A DNA stretch of 50,202 nucleotides from a virus, in IMG/VR virus record IMGVR_UViG_3300017613_000718, positions 1-50,202 of that record; one strand, written 5' to 3'. The notes below the pieces were generated by a model. It made no database searches and was not told the origin of the DNA. It worked only from the letters and a program-made list of their open reading frames with translations. The position numbers and the translations under genes are program-made. Shown here piece by piece: positions 42,241-49,290 of this stretch. The stretch's first letter is position 1; each line of letters starts with the position of its first letter.

Positions 42241-42363
42241 ATGGAACAAAAATATTGCACTCTCTGCAACGGGCCGTTAGTGTATCTCGGTGCGTTAGGG
42301 TATCTGGAATGGTACCGGTGCCAGCACTGTGGGATGGATCAGAATAGTGAACTAGGGGAGTGA
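42241..42363 (+). CDS. Zn-ribbon mini-protein (40 aa; below the track cut-off)
   Basis: Hand translation: MEQKYCTLCNGPLVYLGALGYLEWYRCQHCGMDQNSELGE. SD ggaggacaaaacc. Confidence 0.55.
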   Translation: MEQKYCTLCNGPLVYLGALGYLEWYRCQHCGMDQNSELGE

Positions 42364-42369
42364 ACTGTA

Positions 42370-42741
42370 ATGAGTAATATGGCGATAAGCAACGACTACG
42401 GATATGGATCGGCAGAATGCGACAATTGCGACGAAGGTCCGTTCAAGATTCAGGATTTGAAAAGCATCCGAGATTTCGGTCAGCGAGTCGACGCGGGAAG
42501 CGAGGTTCCGGCAGGCGAGTGTCCGGAATGTGGCGGACTTTGCTATGCGGTCGGGAAACCCTCGAACATCTCTGAGCCTACGATGAAGCGACTGGAACGC
42601 GAACTGGCTGAGTCAAAGGCTGATCTGGAGAAATTGCAGGCGGATCGCGACGCCTATCGCAAAGCATACCTGCGGCGGTGTACCGATGTGCGCGACCTCA
42701 AGGAGGCGGTGAGGAGCCTCATCGAAATAGGTCTCAAATAA
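42370..42741 (+). CDS. Zn-ribbon + coiled-coil protein (123 aa)
   Basis: Track ORF with CDNCD...CPECGG. Confidence 0.7.
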   Translation: MSNMAISNDYGYGSAECDNCDEGPFKIQDLKSIRDFGQRVDAGSEVPAGECPECGGLCYAVGKPSNISEPTMKRLERELAESKADLEKLQADRDAYRKAYLRRCTDVRDLKEAVRSLIEIGLK

Positions 42742-42762
42742 GCCAACATGGAGGACTGAGCG

Positions 42763-42972
42763 ATGACAAACGAAAACGACACCATGCCGGACTTGATGTT
42801 CCGTGCGCTCAATACCACGGAGCTGGACGAATTTCAACAATGGGCCGTGGACAACTGGGAACCTGGGAAGCCTGTCAAAAACTTCTGGCATCCTGTTGTG
42901 CGCGAGACCTGGGCTAAGCTTGAAGCTGAACACTGTCGGCAACAGGCTGAGCGGGTGCAACGTGACGGATAA
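42763..42972 (+). CDS. hypothetical protein (69 aa)
   Basis: Track ORF with SD atggaggactgagcg. Confidence 0.65.
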   Translation: MTNENDTMPDLMFRALNTTELDEFQQWAVDNWEPGKPVKNFWHPVVRETWAKLEAEHCRQQAERVQRDG

Positions 42973-43162
42973 AAAGATCCCTCACATCATCACAAAACAA
43001 GGTACGCATTACATCATGTCTCGATCTACAATATTGTCGCGCCACAGCTCACCAACTGCGGCACAGATGACACTGGAAGAGATGCTCAAATCGTATACAT
43101 TCGCAGCTGACAAATCGCAACGATCTCGGCTCATTGCTGAGTGGAGCAAGCGTGGGCGATAG
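42962..43162 (+). CDS. possible small protein (66 aa from a GTG; start uncertain)
   Basis: C-terminal part of track ORF 42803..43162, which otherwise overlaps 42763..42972. No good SD. Confidence 0.3.
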   Translation: MTDKKIPHIITKQGTHYIMSRSTILSRHSSPTAAQMTLEEMLKSYTFAADKSQRSRLIAEWSKRGR

Positions 43163-43310
43163 GGCTAGAGATGCGTAACATGTTGAAAACAAACCCACAA
43201 GGACGCAACGCCGGGTGCCGTGCCGAGGGCGGTGGACATTTGAGACCCAAAAACACGCCAAAAGATCCCAAAAACAACGATCCTGCTAGGATTCCTAGCT
43301 GTCGCCTACC

Positions 43311-43355
43311 GGCACCACACGACACCACAAGGGTACGGGTACCGGCGGTGGTGCC
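43311..43355 (+). terminator. possible intrinsic terminator/hairpin at the end of the first early block
   Basis: GGCACCAC (43311-43318) pairs with GTGGTGCC (43348-43355), followed by ttatctttc. The loop is long (29 nt) and contains gggtacgggtacc. Confidence 0.3.
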
Positions 43356-43399
43356 TTATCTTTCAACGACTTACAACGATTTGCCGGAATGCCGTGAGG

Positions 43400-43575
43400 T
43401 CTCTATCTATATAATAAAAATAGACATCAAAAGTGAAGGAATTATAAGAACGGGTTGGGTGGGTGTAATAATATTATGTAATATAAGAAATATAATAATT
43501 GAAACCTTTCCTGCATACCTACAAATCCTCTACTTTTCCCCTCTATATCTACTCTACAGATAGGAATTTCACGAC
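43400..43575. other. AT-rich non-coding tract (second control region)
   Basis: ctctatctatataataaaaatagacatc...gtaataatattatgtaatataagaaatataataattg. Visibly far more A+T than the flanks. No SD-led ORF. Confidence 0.7.
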
Positions 43576-43777
43576 AGCGCCAAAAATTCTCGCAAGTTAT
43601 TGAGGACAAAAGGACAAAGCATGCACACATACCCTCGCTCTGCCGTGAAATGCCGAGACGCTGCTGCTAGGATATCTACAATGCTCTCGCTTTTCACCAG
43701 TATCGAAGCGAAACCTGGTGTATACTGTCCACTGCAGGTCGCCCGGCATTTAGATGGCGCATCTCAAGGGGTTTAGA

Positions 43778-44224
43778 ATGAACAACTTACCAGAAAAAGC
43801 ACACTGTAAAGCATGCGACCGCACGCTCCCGATCGAGCGCTTTGCCATAATCGTCAGGGACATGGCCCGTAGACCGGCCCCACGCTGCCGTCACTGCCAG
43901 ATGTGCGCTAGGCAGGCCACCAGGCTCAACTGCAAGGCATCGGCCCGTGGCGACGATTCTCGCGTGTCTCTGGAGGTGGTGTACGAGCTGCGTAAGCGAT
44001 CCAAGGATCGGTGCCAGGCGAGATTGGGTAGGCGAAGGTGCTCGAAGCCTGCCACGGCGATAAGGCAGCGGGTGCCATGGTCGTTGGGTGGGCACAATAC
44101 TGCATCGAATTTGATGCACACATGCAAGGGCTGTTGCCTCAAGCTGAATGGGGCGCTCAAGCATATCGATGCATCGAGGGCGACGATGAGCGCGTTGCAG
44201 AAGCGGTTGAGAAAGTTGAGATAG
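43778..44224 (+). CDS. HNH-like endonuclease, degenerate motif (148 aa)
   Basis: CKAC...CRHC, then VPWSLGGHNTASNLMHTCKGCCLKLNG, which matches P.s.GG....NL...C..C..K. The usual DH upstream of the Pro reads IRQR. ATG 43778 is preceded by aagggg. Confidence 0.55.
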   Translation: MNNLPEKAHCKACDRTLPIERFAIIVRDMARRPAPRCRHCQMCARQATRLNCKASARGDDSRVSLEVVYELRKRSKDRCQARLGRRRCSKPATAIRQRVPWSLGGHNTASNLMHTCKGCCLKLNGALKHIDASRATMSALQKRLRKLR

Positions 44225-44227
44225 TGG

Positions 44228-44256
44228 TTGACGAATGGCAACTGGTGATATAGAAT
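44228..44256 (+). promoter_or_regulatory. strong sigma70-type promoter
   Basis: TTGACG-17 nt-TAGAAT, 22 nt upstream of the SD/ATG at 44279. Confidence 0.65.
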
Positions 44257-44278
44257 ATGTGTATAAGGAGGACAACCC

Positions 44279-44467
44279 ATGGACAAGGACAAAGACAACA
44301 GACCCCGCTACTCCGACCTCGAACTCCACGCGCATTGGGTAGCCAATCGCATGAAGGAGGTTGAGGAACGGATCACACGGGACAAGATCCTGTTGCAGCA
44401 ATATGCCAAGGATCTGGCGATGGCGACGAATGAGCTTTATGCGCGGGAGCAGGAGGACAAGAAATGA
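44279..44467 (+). CDS. hypothetical protein (62 aa)
   Basis: Track ORF with SD aaggaggacaaccc. Confidence 0.7.
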   Translation: MDKDKDNRPRYSDLELHAHWVANRMKEVEERITRDKILLQQYAKDLAMATNELYAREQEDKK

Positions 44468-44676
44468 ACTATCAATTCCCACCTGAACCACCACTCGACC
44501 CACCTGAAGACGACGAGACATACTGCACAGCCTGCAACCCCAACTGGCTCTCTGAAGACGAACTCCAGGGCATCACTGACGCAGGGCAAGACGGGTACTG
44601 TGACGACTGTCTGTTGGACATGCACATCGATACCCAGATCGAAGAGGATTTGGAGAGGAGGGCTGGACTGCTATGA
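44464..44676 (+). CDS. acidic Zn-ribbon protein (70 aa)
   Basis: Track ORF with CTAC...CDDC. ATGA overlap with the upstream gene. Confidence 0.65.
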   Translation: MNYQFPPEPPLDPPEDDETYCTACNPNWLSEDELQGITDAGQDGYCDDCLLDMHIDTQIEEDLERRAGLL

Positions 44677-44888
44677 GCGACTGTCTGACACGCATACTCT
44701 ACGTTGGGATCTTGACCGTCGTGTGGGGCTGCGGAGCGCTCGTAGGCTTGTGGTTGGGTGCCAATCAAAAAGACACCGCCATACCTGCCTGCCCCCACCC
44801 AATAACCTTTGAATGCACAGCGAACCACACCGGTCTTTATTGCAAGCCACTGGTGTACAATAAGCCTGTCACTGACGAAGGGCGTTAG
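44673..44888 (+). CDS. small membrane protein/lipoprotein candidate (71 aa)
   Basis: ILYVGILTVVWGCGA is lipobox-like (VWGC). Several Cys residues. ATGA overlap with the upstream gene. Confidence 0.55.
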   Translation: MSDCLTRILYVGILTVVWGCGALVGLWLGANQKDTAIPACPHPITFECTANHTGLYCKPLVYNKPVTDEGR

Positions 44889-44946
44889 CGAGCTTCGAGC
44901 AGGAGGGCGTTGAGCGTTGAGTACTGATAACGGAGGATAAGAACAG

Positions 44947-45195
44947 ATGAAACTGATCAAGTTACCTGAGCGTGATGGCCGCACCTTGATGGTCAACCCT
45001 TGGGCCATCATGGCAATCGAAGAGTGGGACAATCCACCGAAGGTGTATCTGATGTTGTTCGGTCAACAGTCGATTCAGCTGGACTGCGAAGCTGAGCCAG
45101 CGCGGAAAGCTTGGATCGCTGGATTGGGTGAGAACGCGCAGGATGTGCTGAGTGTGGCCCGGCCAAAAGTGAAAGTGAAAGAGAAAATAAAATGA
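44947..45195 (+). CDS. hypothetical protein (82 aa)
   Basis: Track ORF with SD acggaggataagaacag. Confidence 0.7.
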   Translation: MKLIKLPERDGRTLMVNPWAIMAIEEWDNPPKVYLMLFGQQSIQLDCEAEPARKAWIAGLGENAQDVLSVARPKVKVKEKIK

Positions 45196-45497
45196 CTTTC
45201 CTCATGGCACCACGCACACGAGTTGAATTCCTAGAGCGGATCAACGTGCTCTGTTCCCGGCATCAAGGATCAGTCACATCTTGGTGGCGCACTGAGCAAC
45301 GCAACACCGCTGTCGGAGGCCACGAGAATAGCAAACACCTCTATGGCTGGGCTGTGGATATCGTCCTCGACGATATGCGTGCCGACCTGCGGCACAAGTT
45401 CATGATAGAATGTCGGCATATGGGACTATTCGTGAAAGACGGAAACGCCTGCATCCACGTCCAAGGCTTACCGCTTGGGCCGATTACACAACAATGA
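45192..45497 (+). CDS. peptidase M15-type cell-wall hydrolase (endolysin candidate, 101 aa)
   Basis: SWWRTEQRNTAVGGHENSKHLYGWAVDIV...ACIHVQG fits S.yR...N...GG..S.H..G.AvD...H, the Zn ligands H, D, H of VanY/M15. Confidence 0.6.
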   Translation: MTFLMAPRTRVEFLERINVLCSRHQGSVTSWWRTEQRNTAVGGHENSKHLYGWAVDIVLDDMRADLRHKFMIECRHMGLFVKDGNACIHVQGLPLGPITQQ

Positions 45498-45506
45498 GGT
45501 ACCAAC

Positions 45507-45887
45507 ATGCCCGACAACTCGGTAACAGCGCTATTAACTGGTGGTGTGGTAGGAGGCGTGCTCATCACGTTGAAAGCCTTCGACATGCTGATCAAGTTCA
45601 AGTTCCCGAAGTTCAACGGGAGCGTCCATGAAGCGAACGTCGAGCGAGCGATTACGAAATTGTCAGTAGCCATGCACCAACAGACCGAGATCATGAAGAC
45701 CTACGGTGATAAGATCGAAGGCATGTCAGACGTGATCGACCGAGTTGACCGGTGGCACGCTGAAGAAATCCCCGGCCAGCCTGGTCAAAAGAAAGTCTGG
45801 CAAGATACGCACAAGGTGGTGTCAACCATTTCTCGTAACGTCAAGCTGCTATGCAGAGAAAACAAAGTCACATACGTTGATGACTAG
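45507..45887 (+). CDS. N-terminally anchored membrane protein (holin/spanin-type candidate, 126 aa)
   Basis: TM segment ALLTGGVVGGVLITL followed by a helical periplasmic-type region. Adjacent to the endolysin candidate. Confidence 0.45.
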   Translation: MPDNSVTALLTGGVVGGVLITLKAFDMLIKFKFPKFNGSVHEANVERAITKLSVAMHQQTEIMKTYGDKIEGMSDVIDRVDRWHAEEIPGQPGQKKVWQDTHKVVSTISRNVKLLCRENKVTYVDD

Positions 45888-45899
45888 AGGAGGCATATC

Positions 45900-46088
45900 A
45901 TGGCCAATGGAAAGCAAGGCATCACGATCTTCACTACTCAAAACTGGGTCCGCCGGTTACTCACCCTCGTGAGTGTAATCGCGGGCGCGATCATCGCACT
46001 CGGACATGCACCTGAGAATGTCGTCGAGTGGTGCGGCCTGGTCGTCGCAGCTGTCGGCTCGCTGCTCACGGATCTTAAGAGTGGCTAA
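45900..46088 (+). CDS. two-TM small protein (holin candidate, 62 aa)
   Basis: LLTLVSVIAGAIIALG and WCGLVVAAVGSLL. SD agaggaggcatatc. Confidence 0.5.
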   Translation: MANGKQGITIFTTQNWVRRLLTLVSVIAGAIIALGHAPENVVEWCGLVVAAVGSLLTDLKSG

Positions 46089-46449
46089 GCGTCCACAGGT
46101 GGACGTGCTCGCATGGGCGGCTGGAGTCATCGAAGGCTCCGGTCGCATCGTGTTCCGCACTAAAGACGGTGACGTGATTGCCGTCATCGTCTACGCGTGC
46201 GTTGATGAGCCTGTCGCAATCGCGCTAACGAAGCTGCTTGACACGGGTACGTGGTCAGAACGACAACACAGATGGACACTTCCAGCTGCTGATCAACAAC
46301 GTGTGCTTTCAGCTCTCAACAACTACTGGCAGACGAAGACCATGCGTCGTGAAGCTTGGCGGGTAATCCAGTACCGAATTGTGCAAACCAAACGGGTCAC
46401 GTCTGATGTGATGCGTGCGTTACGAGGACAAATTTTTTCATCAGCTTAG
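46081..46449 (+). CDS. single-motif LAGLIDADG-like protein (about 122 aa; start uncertain)
   Basis: VLAWAAGVIEGSGRIVF aligns with the I-CreI-type LYLAGFVDGDGSI motif, but the second acidic position is Ser. In frame with track ORF 46006..46449; a GTG at 46081 overlaps the upstream stop. Confidence 0.4.
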   Translation: MAKRPQVDVLAWAAGVIEGSGRIVFRTKDGDVIAVIVYACVDEPVAIALTKLLDTGTWSERQHRWTLPAADQQRVLSALNNYWQTKTMRREAWRVIQYRIVQTKRVTSDVMRALRGQIFSSA

Positions 46450-46459
46450 CATTTAGCTG

Positions 46460-46489
46460 TTGACGCACATGTACTGCAGCTGATAGCAT
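46460..46489 (+). promoter_or_regulatory. candidate sigma70-type promoter for the recombination/replication block
   Basis: TTGACG-18 nt-TAGCAT, 30 nt upstream of ATG 46519 (SD aaaggagga). Confidence 0.45.
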
Positions 46490-46518
46490 GCGGTACATTC
46501 GATAAAGGAGGACACCTA

Positions 46519-47424
46519 ATGGCAATGCCACCCCTTGCACGTCCGCAGGTCATGCCGGGACTACCAAAGAAAACTGCAGGCGCACCTGAGATCAACGCAC
46601 CTGAGATCGAGGAGACCACTGATGTGCGGTGTGGTATCTCGTTGTTATTGCAGGGTGGGTCTGGGGCCGGGAAGTCATACGCCATTGCGCGGATCATCCA
46701 AGCTCTAGCTGCACACGACCTCTCCACGTTGTACATCGATGTCGAGAACAAATGGCAAGAGGTCGCCCGGTTCAATCCTCTTCGCATCCCGATCTGTAAA
46801 CCCACTATCGTTGACGGCAAACCTCGCAGGTCCACGCCGGTTGAACGATACGCTCGCCTGATGGCAGTCATTGATGGTGTGGCTGCCGGACAGTATCGAG
46901 AGCACAAGGGCAAGCGCATTGGTGCGATCTGCATCGATGGGTTGATGGAAGCGGGCGACCTCATACATGCGAAGAAGCGTGCTGAATATACGGCTGCCAA
47001 AACCCTACAAATGTGGGGCGCAGTCGGTGAGGCCACCATCATGCTCGCCAAGGATTTGAGGGACGCGGCTGGGATCGCCAGCGACGAGCTTGGCATTCCA
47101 CCGGTCAACATCGTCGCCACTGTGGGCGAGGAAGTGGACACCAAGATCAAGGACAAGCTGTGGTACGCGCCGCTATTGCCGGGACGGCTGTCGTTGAATC
47201 GAGTAGCGTATGCGTTCAACACCGTGTTCAGGCTCACGGCTGCTCTCACAGATGAAGGTCACATGTACAACGTGCATACCTGCGCGGCTGATGCGTGGTA
47301 TGCCAAGGCACCGGCTGAGATGTTCGATCCAGTGGTGAAGGGACCGGGCGCGGATGCTGGTGGTCCTGATATTGGAGAGATGTTCATGAAGTTGGTGGAT
47401 TACTATGGGGTGAAGGAGGACTAA
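46519..47424 (+). CDS. Sak4-like (AAA_24/RecA-fold) ATPase (301 aa)
   Basis: LLLQGGSGAGKS is Walker A and AICIDGL is Walker B. Size and the DUF669-like neighbour are typical of Sak4-type single-strand-annealing modules. Confidence 0.65.
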   Translation: MAMPPLARPQVMPGLPKKTAGAPEINAPEIEETTDVRCGISLLLQGGSGAGKSYAIARIIQALAAHDLSTLYIDVENKWQEVARFNPLRIPICKPTIVDGKPRRSTPVERYARLMAVIDGVAAGQYREHKGKRIGAICIDGLMEAGDLIHAKKRAEYTAAKTLQMWGAVGEATIMLAKDLRDAAGIASDELGIPPVNIVATVGEEVDTKIKDKLWYAPLLPGRLSLNRVAYAFNTVFRLTAALTDEGHMYNVHTCAADAWYAKAPAEMFDPVVKGPGADAGGPDIGEMFMKLVDYYGVKED

Positions 47425-47427
47425 ACC

Positions 47428-48015
47428 ATGCCCAAATACGAAACAGCATTCATAGGTGCGTGCCCGCATTGTGCGACGGTGACGAGGTTTACGCTCACCA
47501 AATATAAAAAGACCACCGCTGACTACCAGGTTGGTTCCATGCCAGGCACCCGTGAACTCATTAAGGACCAGCTAAACCGGCCAGTTGAGTTCACTCATGT
47601 CGGCAAACCACAACCAGCTGAACCGCCTGCATGCTTGACCGAGCCCCACCTTGTAGACGTGCAGGAAGATGTGGACATGCGAGTGGCCTTCCTTGCCGAC
47701 CACGTCAACGGCATAGCGCACGAAACCCTCAAGCTCCATCAAAAGATGCGACTGGTGCTCGCGCAACTACCTAAGTTGGATGAGTTCAAGGACGTGGACG
47801 AGCGGTTGCAGGGACACCATGATCGGATCGGCAGCCTATCTGAACGGATAGCCTTTATCCAAGGACTCTATGTCACGGAGAATGGGCTCCAAGCCGTAGT
47901 GGACGCGCAAAAGGAACGCAACAAACAGTTCAGGAAAGTCATCAACAGCCTCATCGACGCCGTTGACGAACTGTCTGACGGCGACTTACCATACGAACAA
48001 AAACTCAAAGAGTAA
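47428..48015 (+). CDS. hypothetical protein, N-terminal CxxC + coiled coil (195 aa)
   Basis: Track ORF with SD gaaggaggactaaacc. Confidence 0.7.
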   Translation: MPKYETAFIGACPHCATVTRFTLTKYKKTTADYQVGSMPGTRELIKDQLNRPVEFTHVGKPQPAEPPACLTEPHLVDVQEDVDMRVAFLADHVNGIAHETLKLHQKMRLVLAQLPKLDEFKDVDERLQGHHDRIGSLSERIAFIQGLYVTENGLQAVVDAQKERNKQFRKVINSLIDAVDELSDGDLPYEQKLKE

Positions 48016-48056
48016 TAAACCCCACATCAAGTGGGACCAAGCAAAGGAGATAAGCT

Positions 48057-48683
48057 ATGTCTTACGATTTCGGTGAAACCGAAAGCATGGAGCCCACCGA
48101 CCTTGTACCGACCTCTCGGTACCCGGTGGTCGTCACGCTCGGTGATCCAGCCATCACACCGTCCACAACTAAGGGCACTCCAGGTTTACAACAGACCCTG
48201 ACCATCCTGGCTGGCCCCTACAAGGGCATCGAGCTGGGCGGCATGGACATGACGGTCTGGCTGACCGGTGGCACCCTACACCTGCTGACACACCTCACAC
48301 GACAGGTCACCGGCATGGAGACCGACCACGAGGCGCTCGAAGGATTCACGCCGAGTGAAGCGAACATCGATTCCAAAACGCTCAGGGCCGAGGTCAAAGC
48401 GTGGTTGGAGGAACTCGATCCCGACGATCGTTGCCGCATCATGGGGCAGTTCATCCGCTACGAGAAGTGGTCGGGCAAGGAAGTGATCGCGGAGATCAAG
48501 CTCACTGAGGAGCCGGTCAACGATCCCGAGACCGGGAAGCAAAAGAAGGACGAGAACGGTAAGGGCATCACGTTCTGGCGCAACCGGCTCGTGTCCTATT
48601 ACGGGCACTCGCATCCGAAGAAGGGCATGTCGAACTGGCGTGCCGTGGTCCTTCCCAACCAGAAGGAAGAGGCCGCGCGATAA
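48057..48683 (+). CDS. DUF669-like ssDNA-binding protein candidate (208 aa)
   Basis: The N-terminus LVPTSRYPVVVTLGDPAITPSTTKGTPGLQQTLTILAGPYKGIEL follows the DUF669 pattern (lP.G.Y.v.i...s.kG...l...f.i..G.y.G). It lies next to the Sak4-like gene. Confidence 0.55.
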   Translation: MSYDFGETESMEPTDLVPTSRYPVVVTLGDPAITPSTTKGTPGLQQTLTILAGPYKGIELGGMDMTVWLTGGTLHLLTHLTRQVTGMETDHEALEGFTPSEANIDSKTLRAEVKAWLEELDPDDRCRIMGQFIRYEKWSGKEVIAEIKLTEEPVNDPETGKQKKDENGKGITFWRNRLVSYYGHSHPKKGMSNWRAVVLPNQKEEAAR

Positions 48684-48714
48684 GCCATGCGAAGGAGGAC
48701 ACTACAAGATAAGC

Positions 48715-48749
48715 CGCACACGAGGTTGTTGTTGTTGCCTGCGTGTGCG
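48715..48749 (+). other. hairpin with a (TTG)4 loop downstream of the DUF669-like gene
   Basis: CGCACACG (48715-48722) pairs with CGTGTGCG (48742-48749). AGG/CCT extends the stem, with one bulged G. The loop is ttgttgttgttg. No T-tract follows. Confidence 0.5.
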
Positions 48750-48908
48750 TCGAGAAGCGGGCTTTGCTCATGGCCTGCTCCTGCATCCACCCCACTCGAC
48801 GACAGGGTTGATTCGCCCTGGATGGTGCGCGGTCGGTTGTCCTCCTGCCGCGTTTCGTTGGGTGGGGATGGGTGTGGTTTCCCAAACGGCACACGGTACT
48901 CGTAATCT

Positions 48909-48924
48909 GGTACTTGAATACCGA
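48909..48924 (-). promoter_or_regulatory. distal, inverted copy of the control-region iteron
   Basis: ggtacttgaataccga is the reverse complement of tcggtattcaagtacc. A half-site ggtactcgtaat lies at 48895-48906. Located in a 280-bp non-coding gap. Confidence 0.7.
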
Positions 48925-48963
48925 AATCTATTAACCACTCTACGTTAGCAAGGAGATAAGCCA

Positions 48964-49155
48964 GTGGAAGAACTCGACGGAATGGAACTACCGGAAATGA
49001 ACTCGGTCGCACAGCTCTGCTTCGCCATGCTGCAGGCCAACACCAGCATCATGTACCGAGGCACGGTGTACACCAACTTCTCCGACCCCGACCTGCCCGT
49101 TGCCGGTGCCTTGATGTGGCTCCGCAGTGAGCTGAAGAAACTGAACAAGGACTGA
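48964..49155 (+). CDS. hypothetical protein (63 aa, GTG start)
   Basis: Track ORF with SD aaggagataagcca, the same TIR style as the gene at 48057. Confidence 0.6.
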   Translation: MEELDGMELPEMNSVAQLCFAMLQANTSIMYRGTVYTNFSDPDLPVAGALMWLRSELKKLNKD

Positions 49156-49168
49156 TCCCACAATGGCA

Positions 49169-49235
49169 ACCCGCTCGCACTCGTTCGCTCACGTTATTCG
49201 ACCCTCGTTGGGTGATGGCGAGTCTGCGAGCGGGT
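49169..49235. repeat. 11-bp perfect inverted repeat ACCCGCTCGCA / TGCGAGCGGGT
   Basis: 49169-49179 and 49225-49235, separated by 45 nt. Confidence 0.85.
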
Positions 49236-49269
49236 GGCCTGCGAAGAGGTGGCCCCTAGCGAGGTGGCC
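49233..49269 (+). promoter_or_regulatory. three GGTGGCC direct repeats at 15-bp spacing
   Basis: Copies at 49233-49239, 49248-49254 and 49263-49269. The last two are embedded in an identical gaggtggccc. Confidence 0.75.
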
Positions 49270-49290
49270 CGAGCACATGGAGATACGCAC

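Noticed and set aside
43141-43563. A 140-aa ORF across the AT-rich tract.
   Set aside because: It has no SD and a non-ATG start. The protein is low-complexity (IYIIKIDIK, NIRNIII) and generated by AT-rich DNA, and it runs through the hairpin/terminator-like element.
43787-44521. A 244-aa minus-strand ORF (and the nested 135-aa and 65-aa ORFs).
   Set aside because: It is antisense to three well-supported plus-strand genes (HNH-like plus two SD-led small genes) and to a strong plus-strand promoter. No SD, and the reading is Arg/Leu-rich as expected out of frame.
46446-47249. A 267-aa minus-strand ORF.
   Set aside because: It is antisense to the Sak4-like ATPase gene, which has Walker A and B motifs and a strong SD.
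48780-48860. A tRNA-like T-arm (cagggttgattcgccctg) in the 48.7-48.96 kb gap.
   Set aside because: The loop is 8 nt rather than the canonical 7-nt TTCRANY. I could not build a complementary acceptor stem or anticodon arm in the flanks. No tRNA is called anywhere in the window.
49234-49290. The GTG 49234 start, extending the SPFH-like protein by 19 aa.
   Set aside because: The extension is encoded entirely by the GGTGGCC repeats. ATG 49291 has the conserved GGAGATACGC initiation context, so it is preferred. This is not excluded; see the finding on 49156-49290.
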